DNA of 50,709 nt from an uncultured bacterium (GTDB lineage: Bacteria; Fidelibacterota; Marinisomatia; Marinisomatales; TCS55): NCBI GenBank assembly GCA_964475645.1, contig CAYYXU010000001.1, positions 1 to 50,709 on the forward strand, read 5' to 3'. Every line of letters begins with the position of its first letter. The stretch's first letter is position 1. Both the position numbers and the translations under genes were made by a program. The notes beneath the pieces were generated by a model, which did no database searches, was not told the DNA's origin, and saw nothing but the letters and a program-made list of their open reading frames with translations. Of this stretch, positions 18,927 through 28,946 are shown piece after piece.

Positions 18927-18962
18927 ATAAAAAATCCGGATGTTCTCATCCGGACTTTTTAT
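18927..18962 (-). terminator. Rho-independent terminator after the TonB-dependent receptor (bidirectional shape)
   Basis: TCCGGATG (18935-18942), loop TTCT, CATCCGGA (18947-18954). It is flanked by an A-run and a T-run, so each strand reads hairpin followed by a T-tract. Confidence 0.75.
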
Positions 18963-18986
18963 TTCTGCAAAATACGATTATTGTGT

Positions 18987-21900
18987 CTAGAACTTTGCTT
19001 GGAGACGAAACATTATTACTCTGCCTAACTGTGGCCCGCCTTGGATTTCCGTATGCATGTGATCAAGCAGGTTGTTCAAGGTTAACATTGCAGTTAGGTT
19101 ATCGTTGATTTTATAGTCAGTATGCAGATCGAAAATATTATAGGAATTGATATTCCCGTAGTAAATCCCGGATGACCATGGAAAGCCATCAACATGGCGA
19201 AAATTTAATGAAAAGGTATAAGGTTTATCTTGTGGTTCATATTGTATTTTAAAGCCACCTTTATTTTTAGGAGCATTAATAGGATCTTTTGAATTAGTTA
19301 CCGGATTCAAGAAGTCTGAGACATTCAAATAGGAATAATGAAGATCAAACGAAAGGCTTCTAGTGATAAAATATGTTAAACTGGCGTCCAACCCGCTAAC
19401 ATCAACTACCCCATAATTTAAATAGCCAACGACTACTGGAGGTGCTAGACCCTTTATTGTATCCATCGCTGTAACTCCGACAATTTCATCACGCCATTTA
19501 TCAAAGGATATATCATAATCTTCTTGGTCAGCAATAATATTATCATCTGCTATATCTACTACATTATTTATAATACCATCACCATCCCAATCAGATTCCA
19601 AGGTATATTTATTTATCACGATTGGCGTAATAAAGGTGGGCCTGCTAATGAAATTGCTAAAATGATTTGTATAGATATCCAATGTGCCAAACATTCTTTT
19701 GTTCAAGCGACCTTTCCAGCCGAATTCCCAGGTATTAATAACTTCAGCATCAATTTCAGGCAGGTCCGTTGTTGTATAATTATAAAATCCCTGTATTTTT
19801 GGATCTACAGATGGGTAAAAAAGAACATGCTGTGACGTATCGATCGGGCCATATTTAAACGTATTTACATCATAATAATATGGTTGGTTATTTTCTGCTC
19901 TTGGGTAAACATACCCGCCATCAGCTCCTCTAGCGTATACTTTAAAAATGCTTACCCGAGCGACAAAAATATCAAGAAAAAGCGCCTGATTGGTTGGTGT
20001 ATTAAAAGCCTGGGCCCAGGTAAGACGAAATGTTTGGTTATCCTTTGGCCGGTAAATTAATCCAACTTTTGGTGATATCTGTAATCCTTCAGTTTTATCA
20101 AAATCAAATTTCCAGTTTAGAAAGTTTACGTTCCTACCTATTTCATTATCAAAGGTCACCATATCAGTAAGACGATCGTGCGCATCCCATCGTGTTGCCT
20201 GTACAATTTCTAATTTATCTGATAATTTCCAATTCACCTGGTAATAAGCGCCTACTTCATTTACTATGCGTCTATTATCCTCATCTGATTCATCAATACC
20301 TTCATCAATCAGGCCATCGCCATCATTATCTATTCCATCTTTTATCGCACCGTACACATTATCAATAGGTTCGCCGTTTTCGTTAGTTTCAATGACTGCC
20401 CAGCTATTATATCTTTCTCCTATATCATACCAGGTGTTATCATTTTGATCGCCAAAAGTATCTGGTGAACCTGCTTCGCCATCACCATCGCTATCGCGCC
20501 TATCTGTTCCACTATTATCCCGCAATATGGTACCTCTAGTATCAGGCATAGTCATAAAGTAATCGATTCCCCATACAAACCGCAATTTGCCATTAAAAAA
20601 TTCGTTGGCCTGTTGTAGTTGGGTACTAAGTTGTTTTGATCGATCATAGATCGTACCGCCAGTAGCTAGGTTTCTTGTTGGTGAGAACGCCAGAGGATAC
20701 TTGGAATTATAATCCCCGGAATAACTGGTATTCAGGTAACTTTGCAAATACCAGCTCTTATACATTATCCGACCATGGATATAACGGTAAACCCAGCCAT
20801 CGGCCATGTATCTAGCAATACCGGTAATATTAATATTCCGAGCTTTAGCATACCCTTGGGAAACGCTGACAGTTAAATCGGGGTTAATTTCCCAGTCGGC
20901 CCTAATATCATAACGATAATTTTCAACGTTAAAATCAGGGTAATCATCAAGTCCATCACCATTTGCATCTTTTATAACTGTAGTTAATCCACCATAATTC
21001 ATTTTGAAATCATCAACACCATCATATATGCCATCGCCATTGGTATCAAAAACCAATTTACCATCTGCAGTATATGTATACTCTCCAAAACCATAGCCAG
21101 GTGCAGTACTACCAATCCGGTCAGTAAAGCCAGAGCCTCGTTCATCTATTTCATCGATTTCACCGTCCCCATCATTATCTACCCCATCATACCAGGCTTC
21201 TGCTAGGTCATCGATTCCTTCATCAATTGATTCATCAATTTGACCATTAAAATTATTATCGATACCATCTGCATATTTTTTACCAATTCTATCTTCAGTA
21301 ACTCCCCAAAGGACTATACCATTTTCTAAGGTATAGCGGTGGAAGGGGTCACTGGCTGCTGTGGCAACCATATCCTCTGTTATTACTGGTGAACCGCCTT
21401 CCCCATCAGGGAATGTACCATCTATCCCATCAGTAAATCGGCGACCCACAAAGGATGGATCAGAATCGGGCCAATAGTCCAGCATTTCTTCTGTGAAATA
21501 CGGATTTCCAAATTCACCATTTACTCCGCCTTCATCTATACCATTATTCCGTAAATGCGGACGGCCAAGGAATGCAGGATCGTGACCTTCATATTCATCA
21601 CCATTATAATGGTGCCAGTCCTCACCCCGTAAAACAACCGTTGAAACCTTAAAACCAAAGTTACCCAATTTTAATCCGCCCAAACGAACATCCTTAAAAT
21701 TAGTGGCATGACGCATGGTATATTTTTGCATCGGATCAGTATCTTTTTGCGATAAAGAACCGCCTTGAATATTGATAGTTGTTCCGGCAGCATCGAGCGG
21801 TGAACTGGTGATGATATTTAGAACACCTGTGTATGCATTAGGGCCATATAATGCCGACGAAGGACCTAAAACGACTTCGATTTGTTCCACATCCTCAAAT

Positions 21901-22502
21901 GAAACGGGTATAACATTGTAAGCAATAAGACGCAAAGACGGTACGTTGGCCATTCTGCCATCAGTAAGCGTTAAGAGCCTTGAACTAAAGGAAGTATTAA
22001 ATCCCCGGGCGCTCAAATTATAACTGTCGATGCCTGATTGAGTGAACTCAACACCCTTCACCGTTTTCATGTAATCACCAAGATTGGTATTGCTTTCGCG
22101 GCGAATATCCTTTTTAGTTATGACACTAATCGCAGCCGGCGCATCCTCGACCCGTTCACGTTTCCGAGAGGCTGTGACAACGTATGTCTGCATCTGAATT
22201 GCCTCTTTTAACAGTGAGAAATCCGCAATTAATTCTTGTTCTTGTTCAATAGTAATAGGTTTTTCTTGTTGTTCGTAGCCAATATATGTCACCTTTAAAA
22301 CATGATCACCCACTGGAACATTATTGATCAGATAGCCCCCTTCAACATCTGTTGCCGCACCCATGGTAGTACCATCGATAACGATATTTGCACCAATAAG
22401 TGGATCACCACTGTCTTGATCCGAAATATTACCCTTAACAGAACCTGTTTGGGCGAATATCCATGATGAACATAATAAAATGAATGCTAAGGAATTTTTC
22501 AT
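18987..22502 (-). CDS. TonB-dependent receptor (CarboxypepD_reg-like N-domain + plug + barrel) with large acidic DxDxDG-repeat loop insertions
   Basis: Signal peptide. GSVKGNISD..SGDPLIGANI (carboxypeptidase-regulatory-like). Plug VVTASRKRERVEDAPAAISVITKKDI. Terminal ...RLQAKF. Repeated DGIDNDGDGLIDEGID-type motifs. Confidence 0.9.
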   Translation of the reverse strand: MKNSLAFILLCSSWIFAQTGSVKGNISDQDSGDPLIGANIVIDGTTMGAATDVEGGYLINNVPVGDHVLKVTYIGYEQQEKPITIEQEQELIADFSLLKEAIQMQTYVVTASRKRERVEDAPAAISVITKKDIRRESNTNLGDYMKTVKGVEFTQSGIDSYNLSARGFNTSFSSRLLTLTDGRMANVPSLRLIAYNVIPVSFEDVEQIEVVLGPSSALYGPNAYTGVLNIITSSPLDAAGTTINIQGGSLSQKDTDPMQKYTMRHATNFKDVRLGGLKLGNFGFKVSTVVLRGEDWHHYNGDEYEGHDPAFLGRPHLRNNGIDEGGVNGEFGNPYFTEEMLDYWPDSDPSFVGRRFTDGIDGTFPDGEGGSPVITEDMVATAASDPFHRYTLENGIVLWGVTEDRIGKKYADGIDNNFNGQIDESIDEGIDDLAEAWYDGVDNDGDGEIDEIDERGSGFTDRIGSTAPGYGFGEYTYTADGKLVFDTNGDGIYDGVDDFKMNYGGLTTVIKDANGDGLDDYPDFNVENYRYDIRADWEINPDLTVSVSQGYAKARNINITGIARYMADGWVYRYIHGRIMYKSWYLQSYLNTSYSGDYNSKYPLAFSPTRNLATGGTIYDRSKQLSTQLQQANEFFNGKLRFVWGIDYFMTMPDTRGTILRDNSGTDRRDSDGDGEAGSPDTFGDQNDNTWYDIGERYNSWAVIETNENGEPIDNVYGAIKDGIDNDGDGLIDEGIDESDEDNRRIVNEVGAYYQVNWKLSDKLEIVQATRWDAHDRLTDMVTFDNEIGRNVNFLNWKFDFDKTEGLQISPKVGLIYRPKDNQTFRLTWAQAFNTPTNQALFLDIFVARVSIFKVYARGADGGYVYPRAENNQPYYYDVNTFKYGPIDTSQHVLFYPSVDPKIQGFYNYTTTDLPEIDAEVINTWEFGWKGRLNKRMFGTLDIYTNHFSNFISRPTFITPIVINKYTLESDWDGDGIINNVVDIADDNIIADQEDYDISFDKWRDEIVGVTAMDTIKGLAPPVVVGYLNYGVVDVSGLDASLTYFITRSLSFDLHYSYLNVSDFLNPVTNSKDPINAPKNKGGFKIQYEPQDKPYTFSLNFRHVDGFPWSSGIYYGNINSYNIFDLHTDYKINDNLTAMLTLNNLLDHMHTEIQGGPQLGRVIMFRLQAKF

Positions 22503-22525
22503 AGTTCTATCCTACAAAGAAAGAC

Positions 22526-22545
22526 AGCTCTAACCCGTTAGAGCT
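22526..22545 (-). terminator. Possible weak terminator or processing hairpin between the T9SS-sorted protein gene and the receptor gene
   Basis: AGCTCTAAC / GTTAGAGCT 9-bp stem. On the minus strand it is followed by GTCTTTCTTTG, which is T-rich but not a clean T-run. Confidence 0.35.
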
Positions 22546-22588
22546 AGAGCTGCCTTTTCATTAGTTTAACAATTCCTGAAAAATGAAA

Positions 22589-24922
22589 TTATTTCAATAA
22601 AGTCATTTTCTTTATGGCATTGTATTTACCTGCTGTGACACGGTAAAAATACATGCCGCTAGTAAGCTGCTTTCCATTCCGGTCACGACCATCAAAGTTA
22701 ACGACATGGTGACCAGCGCTAAGATCACCTGAGTGTAAGGTAGCAACTTTTTGTCCCATTATATTCCAAACTGTGATTTTGGTAGAAGCTGCTTCAGGCA
22801 GATCCACTGCAATCTGTGTTGTTGGGTTAAATGGGTTCGGGAAATTATCATAAAGCGCGAACTTTTTGGGAATCAATGATTCATCTGAATCTACATCAGC
22901 AGGATAAGTTGCAGTATTTACATAATATGCGTTTACTGCAAGATGCTGATTTCGTGGTATGCAAACGTTTCCAATCTGAAATACCAGACGTCCATTTGCC
23001 ATGGTTTGGGTGTAGCTTATTTCCACATCATCAAATTGATATGCTACATCATAAGCAGTACCATTCCATGCTGTAGCAACTAGAACCGCTGTTACCTTAA
23101 CTGCCGTTGCTGGCAGTGTGTAAGATGCAGTAAACTGAGCCCAATCACTGGTTACGCCAGTTTGAATGTTTTCGATATTCATAACCTGATTTCCATTAGC
23201 ATCATACGCTTCCATTTTCAATGCAGCGTAATCACCGCCTGATCCACCAGTTGCCACATCTCTTATCCACGCAGATAATGTCCATACTTGGCCACCTTGC
23301 GCAGTAGTGTCAGATTGATGAGCAACGGCATAACCACCAGTACCCGTAACGCCTAATTGAAGAGCATAACTACCCATATGAGCAGTGGTGTCCATCACAG
23401 TTGATATATTACCTCCATATCCAGTGCCTCCCATCCATCCTACAGGATTAGTACCAGTAGTAGTGTCGGCCCCGGCTTCAAATCCAGGCTCTACAACGTG
23501 ACGAGCAATTGGTAATCCAGCAGGAGTATAATCATGATCAGAATCGTCCACATTTACACCAGCTCCTGCCAGTGCCCCGATAGCGTATGCACCAGTTGCC
23601 GCGCCTGTCTGAGTTAATGCATCGGCAGTTCCAACTCCAGCTGTTAGCAATGCAGTAAGAGTTACGCCGGCATAATCACCTACCACAGGTCCTAGGACTG
23701 GAGCCAGAGCAGATTGACCTAATGTTACACATAATCCTTGCATACCTAAGTTAGCTAATGTATCTGCTGTAGCTACCAAGGCTGATACTTGGTCAAGTCC
23801 TAGACCCATATAGTAGACTATGAATGGATGCGTATCGGGTACGCCATCTCCATCTGTGTCGACTAATATTGCTGGGTCAGAAAATTGACCATACGCAGTG
23901 GCCAAAGCGCTGGCTGCGGCCAAAAAATTATAGGTCATATAATACCCGGTGAATTGCATTGGTTCATCGCCATCGAAAAGAGTATCATTAGCACCTTTAG
24001 GGTCAAAATAATAACCCCATTCGAGTGTAGGGTTTGCAAGATAACCGTCAGCAGCATCAATATTTCCATCCATATTAACGTCATGTCCAGACCCGCCAAT
24101 CATAGGATACGTACCAACATTAATAGCAGGATTTAGTGATGCTAATCCTGGGATAGTAGTGCGGTCACCAAATGCACCAGTCACACCGAAATGACCATCA
24201 AAATTACCTTGTTCATCAACGCCATAAGTTGATGATACGCCATCTACCTGTTCCCAATACATATGAACGGTTTGTATTTCTGAGAAATCATCATTATAGA
24301 AAGAAGTCCACTTGCCCCATGTTTCATTAGCAGTCCCGTCACCGTAATCTGTACCATATACTTCAGTGTTTAAATCGGGTGCATACATATTGTTTGCAAA
24401 CACGCCAGATTCTACAAAACCCCAGCCAAACGCCGAAGACTTTACGGAATCATTATTTACTACAATGGGATCGCCAGTGCTGGATTGCCAGGTTGCGTTA
24501 TCTGTTACAGCTGGCACTGTAGCAGCGGTCGAGCAATCAGCTGTGGCAATGCTTGGATATGTTCCGGTAATTACCATGTTTCCTGCCTCATATAAATCTA
24601 CATTGATCGCAATCGGACCAGCAGGAAATCCCTGAAGATGTGCGGTGGTAGGCAAGGATACAATAACCGGACCGATAGTATCACCGACTTCGAAACTTAC
24701 TAATGTCGCGTCAAATAAGGAATTATATGCATTCGGCCAATGAGCCTTTACTTCATAGGTTCCATCCAAACTGTCACCCACACTATTGTCCATTTCACGG
24801 ACAAGATAATGGTATATATTGTGTACACCAGTCAAATCATAATTCCCTGCTTGGGCAGAGCCTATATCAGGCATAACAATGACGCCAATTAGGGTTAAAG
24901 ATAATAGCGTTTTTCTTACCAT
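22589..24922 (-). CDS. Secreted protein with a CBM4_9-like jelly-roll domain and a C-terminal T9SS (Por) type A sorting domain
   Basis: Signal peptide ..DIGSAQA. EPGFEAGA...W......GSYALQL.....Q......GQVWTLSAWIRD ... YQFDDVEISY is CBM-like. C-terminus: LYDNFPNPFNPTTQI...GMYFYRV..G....KKMTLLK. Strong GGAGG Shine-Dalgarno. Confidence 0.8.
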   Translation of the reverse strand: MVRKTLLSLTLIGVIVMPDIGSAQAGNYDLTGVHNIYHYLVREMDNSVGDSLDGTYEVKAHWPNAYNSLFDATLVSFEVGDTIGPVIVSLPTTAHLQGFPAGPIAINVDLYEAGNMVITGTYPSIATADCSTAATVPAVTDNATWQSSTGDPIVVNNDSVKSSAFGWGFVESGVFANNMYAPDLNTEVYGTDYGDGTANETWGKWTSFYNDDFSEIQTVHMYWEQVDGVSSTYGVDEQGNFDGHFGVTGAFGDRTTIPGLASLNPAINVGTYPMIGGSGHDVNMDGNIDAADGYLANPTLEWGYYFDPKGANDTLFDGDEPMQFTGYYMTYNFLAAASALATAYGQFSDPAILVDTDGDGVPDTHPFIVYYMGLGLDQVSALVATADTLANLGMQGLCVTLGQSALAPVLGPVVGDYAGVTLTALLTAGVGTADALTQTGAATGAYAIGALAGAGVNVDDSDHDYTPAGLPIARHVVEPGFEAGADTTTGTNPVGWMGGTGYGGNISTVMDTTAHMGSYALQLGVTGTGGYAVAHQSDTTAQGGQVWTLSAWIRDVATGGSGGDYAALKMEAYDANGNQVMNIENIQTGVTSDWAQFTASYTLPATAVKVTAVLVATAWNGTAYDVAYQFDDVEISYTQTMANGRLVFQIGNVCIPRNQHLAVNAYYVNTATYPADVDSDESLIPKKFALYDNFPNPFNPTTQIAVDLPEAASTKITVWNIMGQKVATLHSGDLSAGHHVVNFDGRDRNGKQLTSGMYFYRVTAGKYNAIKKMTLLK

Positions 24923-25083
24923 GTGAACCTCCTATTTATTGTTCAAACAACATCACTTGAGGAAAAAGAGTTTATATAGAAATAACAAATCCATCCCTCG
25001 CTTTACCAAAACTATCACAGGATTCCTATATGGGCAAATATTATTTTTTTTTTGTGATCTGAGTCAAATAGTGAGAAAAGTGG

Positions 25084-25218
25084 TTATTTATTATTATTGT
25101 ACCGGTTGGCAATAAGCCTAATAATACTCCATAATAGAAGCAGGGTCCCGATAATAAATAATACATTAGCGAGTATTATTCTTTTATTTAAAAGTAAAAC
25201 TGTCTGAATAGATTCCAT
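25084..25218 (-). CDS. Possible 44-aa single-TM small protein (below the ORF-track cutoff)
   Basis: MESIQTVLLLNKRIILANVLFIIGTLLLLWSIIRLIANRYNNNK. There is no Shine-Dalgarno, and the only support is a hydrophobic helix inside a 448-bp gap. Confidence 0.15.
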   Translation of the reverse strand: MESIQTVLLLNKRIILANVLFIIGTLLLLWSIIRLIANRYNNNK

Positions 25219-25370
25219 TAATTATATATGAATGAATTTACATTTCAAAATAAATTCCCTCAATGTTATGGGGAAAATAAATAAACTAATTTTCCTTTGC
25301 GATTGTAATTAAGGCACGCATATTATGATTTGTCTATAACTGTAATGAAAAAATTAATAATTATAGTATT

Positions 25371-26144
25371 ATGAAACTTTGCGTTCTTGTAAAACAAGTG
25401 CCGGGCAGTGAATCGGCGCTGCGTATCGCATCCAGCAATACCTGGATAGAAGATACTGCTGCACTTTTCGAAATGAACGAAAGCGATAATTATGCCCTGG
25501 AAGAAGCACTGCAGATTAAGGAAGCCCTGGGCAATGATCCAGAAGTGGTAGTCGTTAGTATGGGGCCCGAACGGGTTCAAAAAGTCATCCGTGAAGCATT
25601 GGCAAAAGGTGCGGATCGCGGTATTCATATTAATGAAATGGCTGAAATCAAATCTGACCCATTTGCAACAGCACAAGTTTTTGCTAATGTTATCAAAGAT
25701 GAAAACTTTGATCTCATCTTTACAGGTCTTCAGTCTGATGATGTAGGCTCAGGTCAAACTGGAGTAATCTTGGGAGAATTGCTGGGAATGGCCACCGCAA
25801 CGCTGGTTATGGCTACGGAAGTTCAGGAAAGATCAATCAAGGTAAAACGAGAACTGGAATCAGGCTGGTTTCAATGGGTTACCATGCCAACGCCAGCAAG
25901 TATCACCATACAATCTGGTATTAATCAACCGCGATACCCATCGTTGAAAGGGATCATGGGGGCTAAGAAAAAAGAAATAAAAGTTGTGGACCAGACTACA
26001 ATTACTGCGCCAGAAAAACAGCAATCTTTTGCAAATATTTATTTGCCGACTGCGGAAAAGAAAACTGAAATGATAGAAGGTAACTTAGACCAGATGGTAT
26101 CTCGATTAGTCGAAGTATTAAAAACAGAAATAAAAGTTCTTTAA
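25371..26144 (+). CDS. etfB: Electron transfer flavoprotein beta subunit
   Basis: MKLCVLVKQVP..., VVVSMGP and LIFTGLQSDD are typical EtfB strings. Confidence 0.92.
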   Translation: MKLCVLVKQVPGSESALRIASSNTWIEDTAALFEMNESDNYALEEALQIKEALGNDPEVVVVSMGPERVQKVIREALAKGADRGIHINEMAEIKSDPFATAQVFANVIKDENFDLIFTGLQSDDVGSGQTGVILGELLGMATATLVMATEVQERSIKVKRELESGWFQWVTMPTPASITIQSGINQPRYPSLKGIMGAKKKEIKVVDQTTITAPEKQQSFANIYLPTAEKKTEMIEGNLDQMVSRLVEVLKTEIKVL

Positions 26145-26153
26145 GATGCAATA

Positions 26154-27128
26154 ATGGATATTCTTGTTGTATTAGAAAATAATAATGGGTCCATCCACCG
26201 TATGAGTCTTGAGGCAATTGTCGCTGCTCAGAAACTGGCAGATGAACAAAGTCTCAGCAATGCTATACTTGCTATAGGGTCAGATACAAGTGCATTGGCA
26301 AATGCTGCAGCAAAATACAATATAGGAGAAGTGTTAACTGTAGAGCATAATTTGCTTAGTGGTTATAACTCCGATGGCTTTGCAGCAGCAGTAAAACAAG
26401 TGATCGACCAAGAAAAACCCAGCTATGTTTTCTTTGGTCACACTTATATGGTTAGAGATTATGTACCAAAGATTAGTGCCCAGTTGCAGCGGCCATTTTT
26501 ATGCGATGTAATTTCCCTTAACACTACTACTAACCTTACATTCACCAAACAGGCGTTTAATGCAAAGCTTGCTGCCGATCTTGGTGTTGCGTCTGAAGGG
26601 ACGGTTTTAGTGAGCTTTCAATCTGCAGCATTCAATGCGGATCTGATTTCATCTGGTTCAGCTGATATTCGAGAAGTTGCAATTGAACTGAATGAAGGGA
26701 TGATAAAAACATCAGCAGAGGATCCATTTCAAGAAGAGGCAGGTGGTGTAGATCTAACCGCGGCAGAAATCATCATTTCGATAGGCCGGGGGATAGGTAA
26801 GGAAGAAAACTTGCCTATCGCTGAAGCATTGGCCCAGGCAATTGGTGGAGAAATCAGTTCTTCCCGACCCGTGGTAGACTCGGGTTGGCTGCCTTCCTTC
26901 CGGCAAATAGGAAGTTCAGGACAGACTGTATCACCAAAACTTTATTTTGCTTTGGGCATTTCTGGAGCCATCCAGCATGTTGTGGGTATGAAAGGTTCTA
27001 AAAATATTGTAGCCATTAATAAAGATGGTGAAGCACCAATTTTTGAATTGGCTGACTACGGAGTGGTTGGAGATCTTTTAGAGATTGTGCCCAAGCTCAC
27101 GGAAGCGATTCTGGCTGCAAAAACCTGA
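26154..27128 (+). CDS. etfA: Electron transfer flavoprotein alpha subunit
   Basis: C-terminal FAD-binding signature: SRPVVDSGW....[27 protein letters not shown]. Confidence 0.92.
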   Translation: MDILVVLENNNGSIHRMSLEAIVAAQKLADEQSLSNAILAIGSDTSALANAAAKYNIGEVLTVEHNLLSGYNSDGFAAAVKQVIDQEKPSYVFFGHTYMVRDYVPKISAQLQRPFLCDVISLNTTTNLTFTKQAFNAKLAADLGVASEGTVLVSFQSAAFNADLISSGSADIREVAIELNEGMIKTSAEDPFQEEAGGVDLTAAEIIISIGRGIGKEENLPIAEALAQAIGGEISSSRPVVDSGWLPSFRQIGSSGQTVSPKLYFALGISGAIQHVVGMKGSKNIVAINKDGEAPIFELADYGVVGDLLEIVPKLTEAILAAKT

Positions 27129-28768
27129 TGCCTGAACGAGAAATCCTTGATCTGGATGTTCTTTTTGTAGGTGCTGGGCCAGCTAGCTTGGCCGGTGCGA
27201 TCCAACTAAAAAGGCTTTTTAATGAATCAGGTTTTGAAGCCAGCATTGCCGTTCTAGAAAAAGCGAGTGAGGTCGGATCTCATTCTTTGTCAGGTGCAAT
27301 AATTGACCCCAGATCTCTTAATGAACTATTTCCTGATTACAAAGACCGCAATGTTCCTTTTGAAGCGGATGTAAAAGAAGAACATATGTATTATTTGATG
27401 GAAGGAAAGAAAATTCCTTTCCCATACGTACCGCCCTCTATGCGCCATCATGGATGCTATGTAACATCTCTAGGGAAGTTCACGCGCTGGCTTGGTGAAC
27501 GCGCGGAAGATGAAGGGGTTGACATTTTCTGCGGATTTTCTGGGACTGAATTTATTTATGATGATGATAAAGTGATTGGTGTTAAAACAGGTGACCGGGG
27601 TATCGATAAGGATGGAAAGCACAAACCGCATTTCGAGCCAGGGGCGGATATCCATGCTAAAGTAGTGGTTTTGGGTGAAGGTTCACGAGGGAGCCTAACG
27701 AAAAAGCTAATCCAAAAATACAACCTTATGGAAGATCGGAATCCTCAAGTATGGGCTGTCGGGGTGAAAGAACTTTGGCAGATGCCAAGCAATACAGTAA
27801 CACCTGGATATGTAGCGCATACCATGGGCTACCCATTGGGTCAAGATATATTTGGCGGTGGATTTATATATGGTATGCAAAATGATATACTAGATCTGGG
27901 ACTTGTGGTTGGTTTGGATTACCAGAATCCTGGAGTGGACCCACAGCATGAATTGCAAAGACTAAAGAAACACCCATGGATTCGCTCATTACTGGCTGAT
28001 GGCGAAATAATCGCATATGGCGCGAAATCGCTTCCTGAAGGCGGATGGTACTCACTGCCAAAACTGACTGTTGGTGGCGCCATGCTGATCGGTGATTCTG
28101 CCGGATTTCTTAATGGCCAGCGCCTTAAAGGAATTCACCTGGCAATGAAATCAGGTATGTTAGCCGCCGAAACAATTTCAGAAGCTTTTATTGCAGAGGA
28201 TTTCAGTGATGCATCTCTTGCTTCCTTTACAAATAAGGTGAATTCAAGTTGGCTTAAGAATGAACTGTGGAAAGTGCGGAATTTCCATCAGGGCTTCGAT
28301 CGCGGACTGCTTGGCGGAATTATCAATTCGGGATTGGGCTTGTTTACAGGCGGCCGTGGCTGGGGTATAAAAGACCGCCTACCAGGCCACCATGGACATG
28401 AGCTTATGCAAAAAGGTACAGCTGAAGATCGGTATGCCGATTTGGAATTCGATGGGAAATATCTGTTTGATAAAGTAACAGATGTGTATTACTCAGCCAC
28501 AGCACATGAGGAAGATCAGATTCCTCATTTACATGTTCGAGATATGAATATCTGTATTACAAAATGCACTGAAGAATACAACAATCCCTGTGAAAAATTT
28601 TGCCCTGCTGATGTGTATGAAATGGTACAGCAAGATGAAGGTAAAAGGCTGCAAATTAATTTCTCAAACTGTGTACACTGTAAAACATGTGATATTATGG
28701 ATCCCTACCAGATTATTGACTGGGTTCCACCTGAAGGCGGCGATGGTCCTGGCTGGGTTAATCTATAG
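27128..28768 (+). CDS. Electron transfer flavoprotein-ubiquinone oxidoreductase (ETF-QO)
   Basis: DVLFVGAGPASLAGA is a FAD motif. C-terminal Fe-S cluster: CEKFCPADVY and NCVHCKTCD. The start overlaps the etfA stop (TGATG). Confidence 0.9.
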   Translation: MPEREILDLDVLFVGAGPASLAGAIQLKRLFNESGFEASIAVLEKASEVGSHSLSGAIIDPRSLNELFPDYKDRNVPFEADVKEEHMYYLMEGKKIPFPYVPPSMRHHGCYVTSLGKFTRWLGERAEDEGVDIFCGFSGTEFIYDDDKVIGVKTGDRGIDKDGKHKPHFEPGADIHAKVVVLGEGSRGSLTKKLIQKYNLMEDRNPQVWAVGVKELWQMPSNTVTPGYVAHTMGYPLGQDIFGGGFIYGMQNDILDLGLVVGLDYQNPGVDPQHELQRLKKHPWIRSLLADGEIIAYGAKSLPEGGWYSLPKLTVGGAMLIGDSAGFLNGQRLKGIHLAMKSGMLAAETISEAFIAEDFSDASLASFTNKVNSSWLKNELWKVRNFHQGFDRGLLGGIINSGLGLFTGGRGWGIKDRLPGHHGHELMQKGTAEDRYADLEFDGKYLFDKVTDVYYSATAHEEDQIPHLHVRDMNICITKCTEEYNNPCEKFCPADVYEMVQQDEGKRLQINFSNCVHCKTCDIMDPYQIIDWVPPEGGDGPGWVNL

Positions 28769-28946
28769 TATAAATTCAAAGGATAATCCTTAATAAGCAT
28801 GAAATTAAAAAGCATATTATCATTCGATTTCTTCACCAGTTTCAGTTTTATTCATTCATACCATAATAATAATAGTATATACATAGAGATATAAATAAGG
28901 GTACTTAACTTCGACGCCTTTGTAGGATAAGAGTTTTCCCTAAAAA

